Of a stretch of DNA of 36,872 bases, positions 1 to 9,299 are shown piece after piece. The notes below the pieces were generated by a model that had not been told where the DNA came from, did no database searches, and was given only the letters and a program-made list of their open reading frames with translations. The DNA is from a virus. Taxonomy: Duplodnaviria > Caudoviricetes. The stretch is taken from the IMG/VR virus record IMGVR_UViG_3300032272_000042, positions 1-36,872 of that record; one strand, written 5' to 3'. The position numbers and the translations under genes were made by a program. Every line of letters starts with the position of its first letter. The first letter of the stretch is position 1.

Positions 1-168
1 CCGCTCTTTAACATCTTCAAGCCGTGTCCATACGGCTTTCATCTCATCGCGCTGCTCTTCATCAGCTTTGCGTAACTCGCCAACTTGATAGCGCAATAAA
101 TACCACGCGCCGACAATGGACGTGAACACACCTCCGAGGGTTATCAGATTAGATGTGCTGAAGTCCAT
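1..168 (-). CDS. 5' part (runs off window) of TM + coiled-coil lysis-region protein, allele A of 35627..35953
   Basis: ATG at 168 reads MDFSTSNLITLGGVFTSIVGAWYLLRYQ; one aa change (I/V) versus the copy at 35953. Confidence 0.9.
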   Translation of the reverse strand, partial: MDFSTSNLITLGGVFTSIVGAWYLLRYQVGELRKADEEQRDEMKAVWTRLEDVKER

Positions 169-181
169 CATACACCACGCT

Positions 182-505
182 TCATTTTATCATGCCAGTC
201 TTGTAATCGTTGCGAACGTGGTTGTTGAAGTCGTCTTCAAGCTTATCAACCCGTTCTGCTAACTTCCGGCCCTCTGCCCCTGTGTAACGATCATTCGCCA
301 CGCTCTTTAGGTCAATGAGCTTTTCAGTTATCTGCGAAACACGCTCGACCATGATCCCAAGCTGATACTTGTTCTCATTCGTCGTATTCCCAAGCCACAC
401 GATACCTGTTAGGATCAGTGCTGTTAAGATAGTTTGTACGTGCCGCTCCCACGGTTTAGAAGGTGGGTAAGCTCTGCGTTCTTCAAGTTCGTTCTCTTTG
501 GACAT
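182..505 (-). CDS. Membrane protein with N-terminal TM and coiled coil (holin/spanin-like, lysis region), allele A cassette
   Basis: Hydrophobic stretch TILTALILTGIVWLG followed by a heptad-like region; AAGGG RBS upstream; located next to lysis genes. Confidence 0.7.
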   Translation of the reverse strand: MSKENELEERRAYPPSKPWERHVQTILTALILTGIVWLGNTTNENKYQLGIMVERVSQITEKLIDLKSVANDRYTGAEGRKLAERVDKLEDDFNNHVRNDYKTGMIK

Positions 506-519
506 GGGAATTAAGACCC

Positions 520-638
520 TTAAATTGTGTTATAGACCAAGGCGAGGAATAGACCGAATACACCGCCCAACCAGAGTTACCAAGACCAAGCCACCTACGC
601 CAGATTGCCCAGAAGGCTATGGGGAGTGCATATATCAT
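520..638 (-). pseudogene. Internally deleted, frameshifted allele of the 131-aa membrane protein 36318..36713
   Basis: Starts MIYALPIAFWAIWRRWLGLG; the original C-terminus WLGGVFGLFLALVYNTI* is in another frame; 277 bp missing between two CCAGA copies. Confidence 0.85.
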
Positions 639-652
639 GGCTTGTGTACTTC

Positions 653-1114
653 CTACAAAATGAAGCCAGAGGGAACAGCTAACACTAACTCGTCAGGTGT
701 CGCCGCCGCCTCAATAGAAGGGTCTTGTGGAGCGTTGCGTAATTCGTCTCGTCTAGCTTTTGCTTTAGCCAACAATACAGTATCACCATTTACTTGAGCA
801 TCACGCAAAGCTAAGTCATTCTTTTCAAATTCAGCTACTCGAGCCTTGCGGATTTTATCTTTATGGATTTCCCTAGCTTTTGACATATCAACGTCAACAA
901 CCCCCGCATTATGTACCCATGCGTCTCGGAAAGTCCGATCCAGAGGAACGCTTGCTGCATCACAAATTGACACGTTAATAGCGTCTGCTGGAACTGCGCG
1001 AGATCGCACACGCGTAAGAAAGTCTACCTCTGCCTCGCCGACCCGTATGCTGTTATAGGCTGGTGTGACAACGGTTACGCCACCATCTGCTCTAGTGTAG
1101 ATTATACGCTTCAT
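653..1114 (-). CDS. Putative tail fibre assembly/chaperone protein
   Basis: Directly follows the tail fibre; RIIY..DGGV.VVTPA, VPLDRTFRDAW and DMSKAREIHKDKIR motifs typical of phage fibre-associated proteins; start taken at ATG 1114 just after the fibre stop. Confidence 0.6.
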   Translation of the reverse strand: MKRIIYTRADGGVTVVTPAYNSIRVGEAEVDFLTRVRSRAVPADAINVSICDAASVPLDRTFRDAWVHNAGVVDVDMSKAREIHKDKIRKARVAEFEKNDLALRDAQVNGDTVLLAKAKARRDELRNAPQDPSIEAAATPDELVLAVPSGFIL

Positions 1115-1115
1115 T

Positions 1116-2492
1116 TTATTGTGCTCCAAATGCTACGACTGACGCTATATCACAGTCGAGTACTCCATTATCCGAATGCCTGCCGCATTGGACCGAAACA
1201 GTCCCCACAGCCACAGCTGTAGTCACCGACCATATATAGGTTCCGGCTGTCACGAACCCGTCATTAACAACAGCGTAGCTCGTTGATGCAAAGTCTGTTT
1301 CCCAAGTCACGGTAAAAAGGCCAGTTCCATCATCTGACACAGAGGTGACGTTAAAGCTGTCAAGAATAGCTGGTGTACCTGTTTGGTCATAAGCAACCCA
1401 GCCTTTCGCTGTTTCACCAGCCGGAGCTGCAGCATCCTGAAAAGTGGGCGCAGCCCCAGCACCATTAGACGTAAGAACCTGAGCTGCTGTACCAGCACCA
1501 ACCGTTGTGGGGGCACCACCAGCATCCCATGTGAGAATCTGACCGGCTGTACCATTGGCCAAGTCAGCAACGTCAACATTAGATAGGCTGTTGCCTGTGC
1601 CATTTGCGTCAAAGGTTTTGTTGGTCAGCGTGTCAGTTGTTGCCGCACCAATACCACCAATGTCGCCAAGTGTCTCTGCACCTGTGCGCCACTCAACATC
1701 AGTCTCTCCAGCCTTAACACGTCCATAGTTTCCAGCCTCACCCGTTAATGTGTCGAAGTTTGGGATGGTAGCTGCACTAGCCGCAGCAGCCGCTTCAGAA
1801 GCCGCAGCGTTTGCCTCACTGGTTCCAGCGTTTGTTTCGGATGTCGCTGCATTGCCTTCAGACGTAGCCGCATTATTTTCGCTTACTAGCGCAGCAGCAG
1901 CAGAGGCAGCAGCCTCAGCAGCACTTGTAACAGTGCCTGCATCACCAGCGTCAACATAAGCCTTGATAGACTGTTGAGTAGCAAGGTCTGTTGCGCTGTC
2001 AGAACCCATTGCGTCTTCGTCTAGGATGCCTGTCACTGTGGTTGTGCTTCCTACCGTGAAGTTGGTAGGGTTTGCAAGCGTCATAACTGGTGTGCGTACA
2101 GGAGTCATCAATTGGAACTGTGTGCCGTCATAGCGAACCGTTACAATGTCGCCAGCCGTCAAGTCACCAGCAACCAAGGCCGCGCCTAGCTTTTGGATTG
2201 CCTTAGCACCAACGCTATCCACGTTTAAAGTCACGCCAGCCGTGTTAGTCGTGCCAACCTTAAACGAATAGCTATCACCAACAGCGTAAGCCGTTAGAGT
2301 TGCGTTAGCAGCCAAGGTGATAACGTCAGCCGTTCCAGCACTTGTTAGCGAGCCGTTCATATCGCCAAACTCACGGGCGATGATACCCTCTAACGCTCTT
2401 GCGCCATTGTTCACAGACGAACTAGCTTGGCCCTCTGGGAATCGAGCAGTGTTGCTGTCATCTACAATGTTTAAGTCTTTTTTCTCAGCCAT
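1116..2492 (-). CDS. Tail fibre/spike protein
   Basis: Ala/Gly/Thr-rich, 7-aa NAATSE-type repeats, GTAGQILT/GTAAQVLTS repeats, C-terminal AKGWVAY..SFNVTSVSD.GTG receptor-binding-like domain; position after the ejection genes. Confidence 0.85.
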   Translation of the reverse strand: MAEKKDLNIVDDSNTARFPEGQASSSVNNGARALEGIIAREFGDMNGSLTSAGTADVITLAANATLTAYAVGDSYSFKVGTTNTAGVTLNVDSVGAKAIQKLGAALVAGDLTAGDIVTVRYDGTQFQLMTPVRTPVMTLANPTNFTVGSTTTVTGILDEDAMGSDSATDLATQQSIKAYVDAGDAGTVTSAAEAAASAAAALVSENNAATSEGNAATSETNAGTSEANAAASEAAAAASAATIPNFDTLTGEAGNYGRVKAGETDVEWRTGAETLGDIGGIGAATTDTLTNKTFDANGTGNSLSNVDVADLANGTAGQILTWDAGGAPTTVGAGTAAQVLTSNGAGAAPTFQDAAAPAGETAKGWVAYDQTGTPAILDSFNVTSVSDDGTGLFTVTWETDFASTSYAVVNDGFVTAGTYIWSVTTAVAVGTVSVQCGRHSDNGVLDCDIASVVAFGAQ

Positions 2493-2498
2493 AACTTT

Positions 2499-4427
2499 CT
2501 ACTTTCCAGACAATAAGCCAGTTGCGCCCGTCAAAGGGGCCGATATGTTTCTGCCAGCGCGACTACCTACAGTTTCACCGCCTTGCATAATTCTTAAGGC
2601 CATAGCCTTTTGAATAGGGTCTTTTGAAAACAGCAGAGGCTCAAGATGTGCCGCAACAGCTTCAGGTGGGGTTGAAACTTTATCAAGTACGTTTCCAACT
2701 ACACGTCCAGCAGACGGTAGGTAACCCTGAGATGCAGCAGCAACATCACCAACACCTTGAGCAACCTTGCTAAACGTGCCTTCATCCATAGCCATAGGCT
2801 GTGTGCGAGAACCAAAGCGTACATTTGCATTCGTTGCAGCCATTTTTTCTTCGGCCTTCATAGTGCGAACAAAGTCAGAATGACCCTTTGAATCTTTACC
2901 AAACGCTAATTTAATGCGTTTCCTAATTTCTGGGTTGTTGAAAATCTTTTTGGTAACGTCACCTTCGTACTGTGTCGAGTTGACCTTGTAGCGTAAAGCG
3001 TCTGCAACACCTGTAATGAACGATTGACGCTCATGCTCACCCATGCCTTTTAGAACGCTTGCGCCAACAGTTCTCGGTGTATTAATAAGTTTAGCACCAA
3101 GCTCGGCAGCATCCATAGCAGCAGATTGTCCAGCGTACTCAGAACGAACTTTTTTATACGCTGGCACAACATCGTCGATGTGATCCAAAAGTCTATTGCG
3201 TAAATCTGCAACAGCAGAACCCAACTCACCCTTGCCCTCGTTAAACGCAGTTCGTGCATTGTCATCTAAAGACCTCTTAATATAATCAAGCATTCTCATG
3301 TTTGGCGTTGCGTACTGCTTTGAACCCTCAACAGTCTTAAACAATGGAGGCAGCTTTACACCCTCAGTTTCAGCAATGTCTTTAGCGTTTTCGTAAGCAG
3401 ACTGAACGCGGGGATTTGAGAAAAAGCCCTTCATTTCGTCGGTTAGTTTAACAGGCGCATCATATAATTTGCCGTAGTTCTCTTTAGCTGTTTGACGACG
3501 AACTTTCTCAGCAGTTGCCATGAAATCATCAAGTGGCACGTCTGCCATTGTTTCATCAATCGCAGCACCAACGCGCTTGAATTGATTGCGGCTCCTGTCC
3601 TTAAGCATTTCTTGTGCTTGCTTGCCACCAACTCGATTGCCTGTCCAACGAGCTAAGTCAGCCAAGTGAGGTGTGCCAATGTCAGCAACAACGCCTTCAG
3701 GCCCAATGTCGTCTAAAGCCTTTTGAGCCTGACCTTGTGCTAAATCATCGAACTGAGCCATATTGCGTAATTGACCTTGAGCTTGCCGCTCCGCACCACC
3801 GGGAATTAAACGCCCCGCAGCCTTGCCAACGCGAGACAATCCAGCCCCGATAGGAGCCAATGCAGCACCACCAACGCCGCCGATAGCAGCCCCAGTGAGT
3901 CCAGCCGTTGCCCTGTCTTGCAATCCTTCAGCGTCAAACCCGCCTTCTGACATACCAACGCCAGCAGTCCCGCCTAAACCAGCACCAACTCCAGCACCGC
4001 GCAAAGCCTTAGCCCCCATTGAAAGCCCTTTAGCCCCCAACGCTCTAGCACCACCAGCACCACCCGTAAGCATGCCACCAGCAACTTGTAGCCCTAGTGC
4101 AGTCTTAGGGTTAGCAGCCTCAAAGGATTCATTTTGTTGTCGAACATAGTCAATCTCTTTATTGATTGCCTCTTGCAATGGAACGCCATTAGCCGCAGCC
4201 TCATATATGCCACGAGCAAAGCCTTCAATCTCATCACCAAACCCAAGCGCAAGACCTTGACCTAAAGATTGCCGCGCAACGTCTGAGGCTTCTATTCCTC
4301 TTTTTGGCTGTGCAGTAGGCATAGGCGCACTATCAAACGGGTCAACAAGCCCACCTGGGGCTTTTGCCTTTGCCGCTACAGGAGCAACCACGCCAACATC
4401 AAAAGGATCAATTAGCTCATCTGCCAT
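2499..4427 (-). CDS. Large internal virion/DNA ejection protein (P22 gp16-like position)
   Basis: DPFD N-terminal motifs, GQGLALGFGDEI motif, Gly/Ala-rich membrane-like segment; third of three ejection-type genes. Confidence 0.7.
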   Translation of the reverse strand: MADELIDPFDVGVVAPVAAKAKAPGGLVDPFDSAPMPTAQPKRGIEASDVARQSLGQGLALGFGDEIEGFARGIYEAAANGVPLQEAINKEIDYVRQQNESFEAANPKTALGLQVAGGMLTGGAGGARALGAKGLSMGAKALRGAGVGAGLGGTAGVGMSEGGFDAEGLQDRATAGLTGAAIGGVGGAALAPIGAGLSRVGKAAGRLIPGGAERQAQGQLRNMAQFDDLAQGQAQKALDDIGPEGVVADIGTPHLADLARWTGNRVGGKQAQEMLKDRSRNQFKRVGAAIDETMADVPLDDFMATAEKVRRQTAKENYGKLYDAPVKLTDEMKGFFSNPRVQSAYENAKDIAETEGVKLPPLFKTVEGSKQYATPNMRMLDYIKRSLDDNARTAFNEGKGELGSAVADLRNRLLDHIDDVVPAYKKVRSEYAGQSAAMDAAELGAKLINTPRTVGASVLKGMGEHERQSFITGVADALRYKVNSTQYEGDVTKKIFNNPEIRKRIKLAFGKDSKGHSDFVRTMKAEEKMAATNANVRFGSRTQPMAMDEGTFSKVAQGVGDVAAASQGYLPSAGRVVGNVLDKVSTPPEAVAAHLEPLLFSKDPIQKAMALRIMQGGETVGSRAGRNISAPLTGATGLLSGK

Positions 4428-5499
4428 ATTTAGTTACCCACAAAGCCTTGATTTTTGCATCAGTTGCGGAAGGGTTAGCTTGGCGCATTGTCTGCATAAA
4501 CTCGTTATAGAAAATTGGCATATTGGTCTTGGGGTTAGAGCCAAACAAAGGCATCTTCCCAACGTCTTTATTCCAAGCTGCCTTAGCACCTTTAGACGAA
4601 CCATTATGGGTTTCCATCCATTCCTCGTAAAATGCCTCCTTCTCAATGTCTCGCATTGCCATAGCGTCAGCCGCACCTAATAGAAACGTCTTCGCTTCTT
4701 TGGTGTTTTGTAGTTGCGCTAAAGTTTTTGCCATACGGTCAGCGTCTTTGTCAGTTTGTGGGCCTTTCTGAGACGCCAACTTAGCAGCCAAGATGTTACC
4801 CATAACACCCTCAAAAGCCTGACCAGTTGTAACACTAGCAGTCATGGACTCAGACATAGGAACGCCTAGCTTACTTGCCATTGTGCCGACCATTGTGCCG
4901 AACGAAGTTGGGTCTATGTTGGGGTCACTAATCATCTGCCTAGCCATCGCTGTATAGGCCATTGTATCACGGCCCGTTTGTGCGCGATCTATAACACTCT
5001 GCTCACGCGCCACCAAAGCCTTGCCACGCGCCTTGTTCTCTTCGCTCTCAACATTACCCATCATTGGGATAGGCTTAGGTGCTTCACCTGTAATTCGTTT
5101 ATTACCTGCCTGATTCACTTCTTGCCACGAATACCCTGTTGACGAACTAGGGTCAGCAATCTTTTTAGGGGCACCAAACTTCCCAGCATTCATCATTGCT
5201 GTATATTGAGCAGGAGCCATCCCGCCCAAAGCTTTGTGTTGTTGTGCCGCACGTGCTTCAGCTTGCTTTGCAGCAAGCATCTGCTGTTGAATATTCTGCA
5301 TATTCAGGTCTTGCATTCGGCCTTGCTGATTATATTGCTGTGCTTGCATCTGACCCTGCATACCAGCACCACCCATTGCGCCTAGCATCTGACCAAGGCT
5401 TACAGGCCTGTCTTGGTATCCAGCGAACTTGGACGCAGCTTGCCCCATAGCGGGGAGAGAGCCTTGCAAGAAAGTATCTAATGGTTTGAAACCAGCCAT
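4417..5499 (-). CDS. Internal virion/DNA ejection protein (gp20-like position)
   Basis: Gln/Met/Gly-rich N-terminus, GPQTDKDA motif, synteny. Confidence 0.65.
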   Translation of the reverse strand: MAGFKPLDTFLQGSLPAMGQAASKFAGYQDRPVSLGQMLGAMGGAGMQGQMQAQQYNQQGRMQDLNMQNIQQQMLAAKQAEARAAQQHKALGGMAPAQYTAMMNAGKFGAPKKIADPSSSTGYSWQEVNQAGNKRITGEAPKPIPMMGNVESEENKARGKALVAREQSVIDRAQTGRDTMAYTAMARQMISDPNIDPTSFGTMVGTMASKLGVPMSESMTASVTTGQAFEGVMGNILAAKLASQKGPQTDKDADRMAKTLAQLQNTKEAKTFLLGAADAMAMRDIEKEAFYEEWMETHNGSSKGAKAAWNKDVGKMPLFGSNPKTNMPIFYNEFMQTMRQANPSATDAKIKALWVTKYGR

Positions 5500-5502
5500 A
5501 TC

Positions 5503-6390
5503 TTATCCTAACAAACCCAAGAGGCCACCGCCGATTGCGCCAGCAGTTCCACCCATTCCTGTCATAGAACCAAGTTGTGCGCCACCCAAAGCACCACTCA
5601 GGAAGTTCGCGCCGGGGTTTGAGTACAGAGGGGAGGTCTGTGTTGTCGTTGAGCCAAGGCCACCACTGACAAGGCCGCTATAACGCCCTAGCTGTTCCCA
5701 AGGACGATTCTGCTCAAAGTTAAAGCGGTTGATTTGATCCTGCAATTGAGCCTGACCCTGTTGGTCACGTGCAGTGCCTACAGCCATCAACTTATTCATA
5801 TCGCCATAATCTTGCTGTGCGATGTTGCCAGCCTGACCAATCATGGCCTGCTGTCTAGCGCGTTCGTCACCGTAGTTTTGATAACTCATATCGCCAGCCA
5901 TCCGACCCATGCTGTTAGCTAGGGTGTTCTCAGCCGCATTACGTTGTTGAGCATAAAGACCTGAACCCATACGTCCTGCGCGAGCAAACTGACTATCAAT
6001 GCCTGGGGCAACTTGATTGTTCCAATTGTCGATCATTGGCTGCATGGCGTTGTTAATTGCGCCAGTTAGGAATGGGTTGTTGTTGAGGTAGTCGCCTTCT
6101 ACGGTAGACTGAGCCTGCTGCATCCCTGCTTGCTGTAGGGGAGAACCAGCAACAGCACGTTGCTCGATACCACTCAAGGCTTGCTGAGTTTGTGGCGAGA
6201 AGTCAACAACCGTTGACCCTTCAAAGTATCCGGGGGCGGGGCTATTATACGCAGCCTCAGCACCAGACATAATATTCTTTAGGTGGGCCTGTTGAGGCTC
6301 CCAAGGTGAAGAGTCTGTTGTCTGTGTTTGGAATGATGGCGAAGAACTACCGCCACCCATACCGAATAAACCGCCGTCAAGGAAACCCAT
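5503..6390 (-). CDS. Internal virion/DNA ejection (pilot) protein (gp7-like position)
   Basis: MG..GGGSS..QT..PW N-terminus, Gln-rich core, Gly-rich hydrophobic C-terminus GAIGGGLLGLLG. Confidence 0.7.
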   Translation of the reverse strand: MGFLDGGLFGMGGGSSSPSFQTQTTDSSPWEPQQAHLKNIMSGAEAAYNSPAPGYFEGSTVVDFSPQTQQALSGIEQRAVAGSPLQQAGMQQAQSTVEGDYLNNNPFLTGAINNAMQPMIDNWNNQVAPGIDSQFARAGRMGSGLYAQQRNAAENTLANSMGRMAGDMSYQNYGDERARQQAMIGQAGNIAQQDYGDMNKLMAVGTARDQQGQAQLQDQINRFNFEQNRPWEQLGRYSGLVSGGLGSTTTQTSPLYSNPGANFLSGALGGAQLGSMTGMGGTAGAIGGGLLGLLG

Positions 6391-6408
6391 GTTTTTAACT
6401 CCGAATAC

Positions 6409-6433
6409 GGAAAAGGCCGTTTCACAACGGTCT
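6409..6433 (-). promoter_or_regulatory. GUGA-loop hairpin plus U-run upstream of the first ejection gene
   Basis: Minus strand AGACCGTT-GTGA-AACGGCCTTTTCC; 22/24 identical to 19748-19771. Confidence 0.6.
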
Positions 6434-6740
6434 ATCCTGTTATTGTAACCCCAAACGTTCTGTCATTCAAGGCATTGTTTGCGTGTGTCAAGGTGAAAGT
6501 TTGTTTCCCTTGAGATGAAACGTACATAGTCGCTAATTCAGCAGCAGCATTCGCCGTTGTAGGCATAAATGTTATAACGCTATCAGCACCAGCCCTGAAG
6601 TCAGAGACAACGGTTGTCGCAGAGTTTATAGTTAGCGTTACAGTGCCAGTGTTGTTCGATTTGCCGTCAGAAAGCTGACGTATGACGATGTTCTGCCTAC
6701 GTTGATCCTCTTCGTCTAGTCTAACGGTATTGAAGCTCAT
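6432..6740 (-). CDS. Small tail/virion protein
   Basis: Beta-rich NTGTVTLT..TTVVSD.R...DSVI.F.PTTANAA pattern; overlaps the tail hub stop. Confidence 0.6.
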   Translation of the reverse strand: MSFNTVRLDEEDQRRQNIVIRQLSDGKSNNTGTVTLTINSATTVVSDFRAGADSVITFMPTTANAAAELATMYVSSQGKQTFTLTHANNALNDRTFGVTITG

Positions 6741-8194
6741 CGCACACCAACCCCAGCGACTTTAGTATCAACGCCCTGAATATCGTTAAATTGGCCTGTA
6801 ACGGTCATTTCCACGCGATGGTAGCGGCCTTCAGCCCTTAATGCAGCAAAACCTACATCATTGACGCTATAAGACGCAGACCACGTTACGGCGTCTTGCT
6901 GGCGGTTTCTTGTGCCGATCCTAAACGTTGATACGCCACCATCAGATAAAGGCCAAGCCTCAGTCATCAATGCACGTTGCCCTGCAACCACTTGACGCTC
7001 ATTATATTCAATTACAGCGTCCATAGGCGCACCGCCAAATCCGTTAAGCTTGTCATTCGCCATAACGCCTACATTGAGAGTGCCTGACGTGTTCAATAGG
7101 CGGCTATCAAGGCTAATGCCAAGAGTATCAATTGAAGTTGATAGGGCATCAAGGGCATCCAAAGAGAACGTGCTAGAGAGTGAGGTGAATATCAAGTCAC
7201 AATCAACTTTGCCATAGGACCACCGCCCTGTAGTCCAATTGAAGGCAATAATGCGGTCAGGGGTTGTTGCCGTTGTCGCATTAGAAGAGAAGGCCCACAT
7301 TACAGTTCTGTTCTCATGGTCAATGGCGCAAGAGATGCTTGATAGTGCATTACCGTCTAAATTTTCATAGAACCACTTGTTTACCTTATCGTCTCCAATA
7401 GGCGTTGCTTTGTTTCCAGCGAATACATAAAAGCCGTCACTGTCTAAGAAGAAAACCATATCATCAATCTTAGCCGCGCCACCTTCTGCATACAGCCCAC
7501 GGCTTGTAACAATCTCATCAAATTGAAACACAAGAGGGCTGCCGACATACGTTGCTTTATAGATTGCGCGTTGGAAGAATATAATTGCTTCCTCACCGCC
7601 AAAGATACGCATACCAGAGCCGCCACCGGGATTGTCCTGAAAATCAGACTGTGTTGTTGCGCTAATGGTGTAATCAGTATAATCGCCCAACGCAGACCAG
7701 CGAACGCGATCAGCAACCCGTCCGTCTGCTGCATCGTTAGTATTAAGGAACATAACGAAATCCCGCACAACTGCGACTGACTTAGCCTCGAAAGCAGTTG
7801 TTAGGTCTGCGAATAACGTGCCTGTATCCATATCAAAGAACTGGGGCTTGTCCACATTGTTAGTGGCAATCATAACGGGGCCATACGTGGCAAAATCCCA
7901 GCGTGTCGCCGTGTTGGTGTATCCCCCCGCTTTTGATACGTCAGCCCACACACCAGCAGTCAGGGCCTCTAGCGTTGTTGCCGTACCAGCGTAAACATGC
8001 TCATCCTCGTCAATTGAAGTGCCAGCCCCAGCCCCAATAGGAGTTGCAGACATAGCATCAGACAACGCAAAAGCACCGGGCCAAGGCCGATAGCCCTGCG
8101 CGGCTGGTAGGACGTTCTCAGCCTTTGTGATTCCTGGGTTTCCGAAATCAGGAAGGTCGGGTAGCCACGGGCCAGCCTCGAATACAGTGCCCAT
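6737..8194 (-). CDS. Tail hub/nozzle (packaged-DNA stabilisation, gp10-like)
   Basis: WLPDLPD N-terminus, VRWSALGD, beta-propeller-like repeats, EGRYHRV C-terminus; start at ATG 8194 overlapping the HNH stop (TAATG). Confidence 0.8.
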   Translation of the reverse strand: MGTVFEAGPWLPDLPDFGNPGITKAENVLPAAQGYRPWPGAFALSDAMSATPIGAGAGTSIDEDEHVYAGTATTLEALTAGVWADVSKAGGYTNTATRWDFATYGPVMIATNNVDKPQFFDMDTGTLFADLTTAFEAKSVAVVRDFVMFLNTNDAADGRVADRVRWSALGDYTDYTISATTQSDFQDNPGGGSGMRIFGGEEAIIFFQRAIYKATYVGSPLVFQFDEIVTSRGLYAEGGAAKIDDMVFFLDSDGFYVFAGNKATPIGDDKVNKWFYENLDGNALSSISCAIDHENRTVMWAFSSNATTATTPDRIIAFNWTTGRWSYGKVDCDLIFTSLSSTFSLDALDALSTSIDTLGISLDSRLLNTSGTLNVGVMANDKLNGFGGAPMDAVIEYNERQVVAGQRALMTEAWPLSDGGVSTFRIGTRNRQQDAVTWSASYSVNDVGFAALRAEGRYHRVEMTVTGQFNDIQGVDTKVAGVGVR

Positions 8195-8658
8195 TATACG
8201 TGCCTCCAAGTTCTTCTAAGAATAGCATCGTTTATAGTTGCCTTCTTAACGCCAAGCATGCGCGCGAGTACGGTTTGCTTCATACCGTACTCGACACACC
8301 GCCGAATGACCCTAACGCCAATATCTGTTAGGATACTATTATGTGCTTGTTCCCCCGGCAGGCTACCACCACTACTGCGCCCCTTTGCACCCCTATCATC
8401 CATGTTATCTTTGTGCGTTCCGAGCGATAGGTGGTCTGGGTTAACGCACGATGGATTGTCGCATTTGTGCATTACACATAAGCCGCTAGGGATACCTTCA
8501 GAGTTATACATGGAATATGAGAGCCTATGAACCCCCACCATCTTTCCGTCCACCCTCATATATCCATAACCATCGGGGTTCAACCCGCCTGTCCACTCCC
8601 AGCAGCCTGATGCAACTTTATTGTATTTAGTGCTAAACCGTTCAAATACAGTTCCCAT
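8194..8658 (-). CDS. Free-standing HNH homing endonuclease (HNH_3-type) with C-terminal HTH-like region
   Basis: GCWEWTG, GYG, HRLSY, VMHKCDNPSCVNPDHLSLGTHKDNMDD motifs. Confidence 0.92.
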   Translation of the reverse strand: MGTVFERFSTKYNKVASGCWEWTGGLNPDGYGYMRVDGKMVGVHRLSYSMYNSEGIPSGLCVMHKCDNPSCVNPDHLSLGTHKDNMDDRGAKGRSSGGSLPGEQAHNSILTDIGVRVIRRCVEYGMKQTVLARMLGVKKATINDAILRRTWRHV

Positions 8659-8663
8659 TTAAT

Positions 8664-9299
8664 CTATCCCGTAAACACTGCAACACGCGAATATAAAGGG
8701 CCGCCGTTAAAAGCAGACCGTGTGGCATCCTGTTTTAAGCCTTCCATGCCTCTGGTGTAGAACGACCCCCAGATAGGTATGTCCTCAACGCTCTTAAGGT
8801 ACGGTGCAGCCTGTAGAAGTGTTCCATACAGATATAAATCAGGATGGTTTGTTAACATCCAGTTCGATGTGTTGGAGTCACTCAAGGCTGGTATGGTCTG
8901 GTAGTAAGTCATTTCAATTGTAAACGCTGTGGAAGGGACTGCGCCCAACTTAATCTCACCGCCAATAATCGTATATTCACTAGGGGTGCCAGTTACAGCA
9001 GTAGGCCAATTGGTGTCTAGCTGTTGTGGTGTCACATAGCTCAAGATCGACTTTGGATTAGTCTGGACAACAAGAGAACGCAATTCACGGTAATCTGTAG
9101 GCAAAGTGATGTAAGCATTGCCTGCAGTTGCCGTTAAATCTGTACGGGCTTCCATAGAGCGATGACGAACATCACGATTGAACTGAGCCTCAACAAGTGT
9201 AATGAACTCAGGAACACGCGAGTTTAAATCTGTGTCACCAGTACGGGTGAGCCACGTCTTAACTGCGTCTTGCAAGTCTGTGTAGGTTGCTAGTGCCAT
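8664..9299 (-). CDS. Head-tail adaptor protein
   Basis: MALATYTDLQ..V..WL.R, FITLVEAQFNR, NWMLTNHPDLYLYG.L motifs; position before the tail hub. Confidence 0.8.
   Translation of the reverse strand: MALATYTDLQDAVKTWLTRTGDTDLNSRVPEFITLVEAQFNRDVRHRSMEARTDLTATAGNAYITLPTDYRELRSLVVQTNPKSILSYVTPQQLDTNWPTAVTGTPSEYTIIGGEIKLGAVPSTAFTIEMTYYQTIPALSDSNTSNWMLTNHPDLYLYGTLLQAAPYLKSVEDIPIWGSFYTRGMEGLKQDATRSAFNGGPLYSRVAVFTG

Larger units (their letters stand above)
1..797. repeat. Left terminal copy (allele A) of the locus repeated at 35786-36872
   Basis: 1-99 identical to 35786-35884. 100-168 has 10 substitutions vs 35885-35953. 510-575 matches 36306-36373 and 571-797 matches 36646-36872 (678-797 identical to 36753-36872). 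169-509 is non-homologous to 35954-36305. Confidence 0.97.

Noticed and set aside
1-797. Diversity-generating retroelement TR/VR pair or true direct terminal repeats
   Set aside because: No reverse transcriptase; differences are not adenine-specific and are mostly synonymous; the copies contain different genes, which fits alleles in an assembly bubble.
1770-1925. Tandem repeat in the tail fibre
   Set aside because: Ordinary 7-aa Ala/Ser coiled-coil repeats of fibre shafts, degenerate at DNA level.
8194-8658. Group I intron carrying the HNH
   Set aside because: The ORF fills the whole interval between adaptor and hub genes, leaving no room for a ribozyme core.
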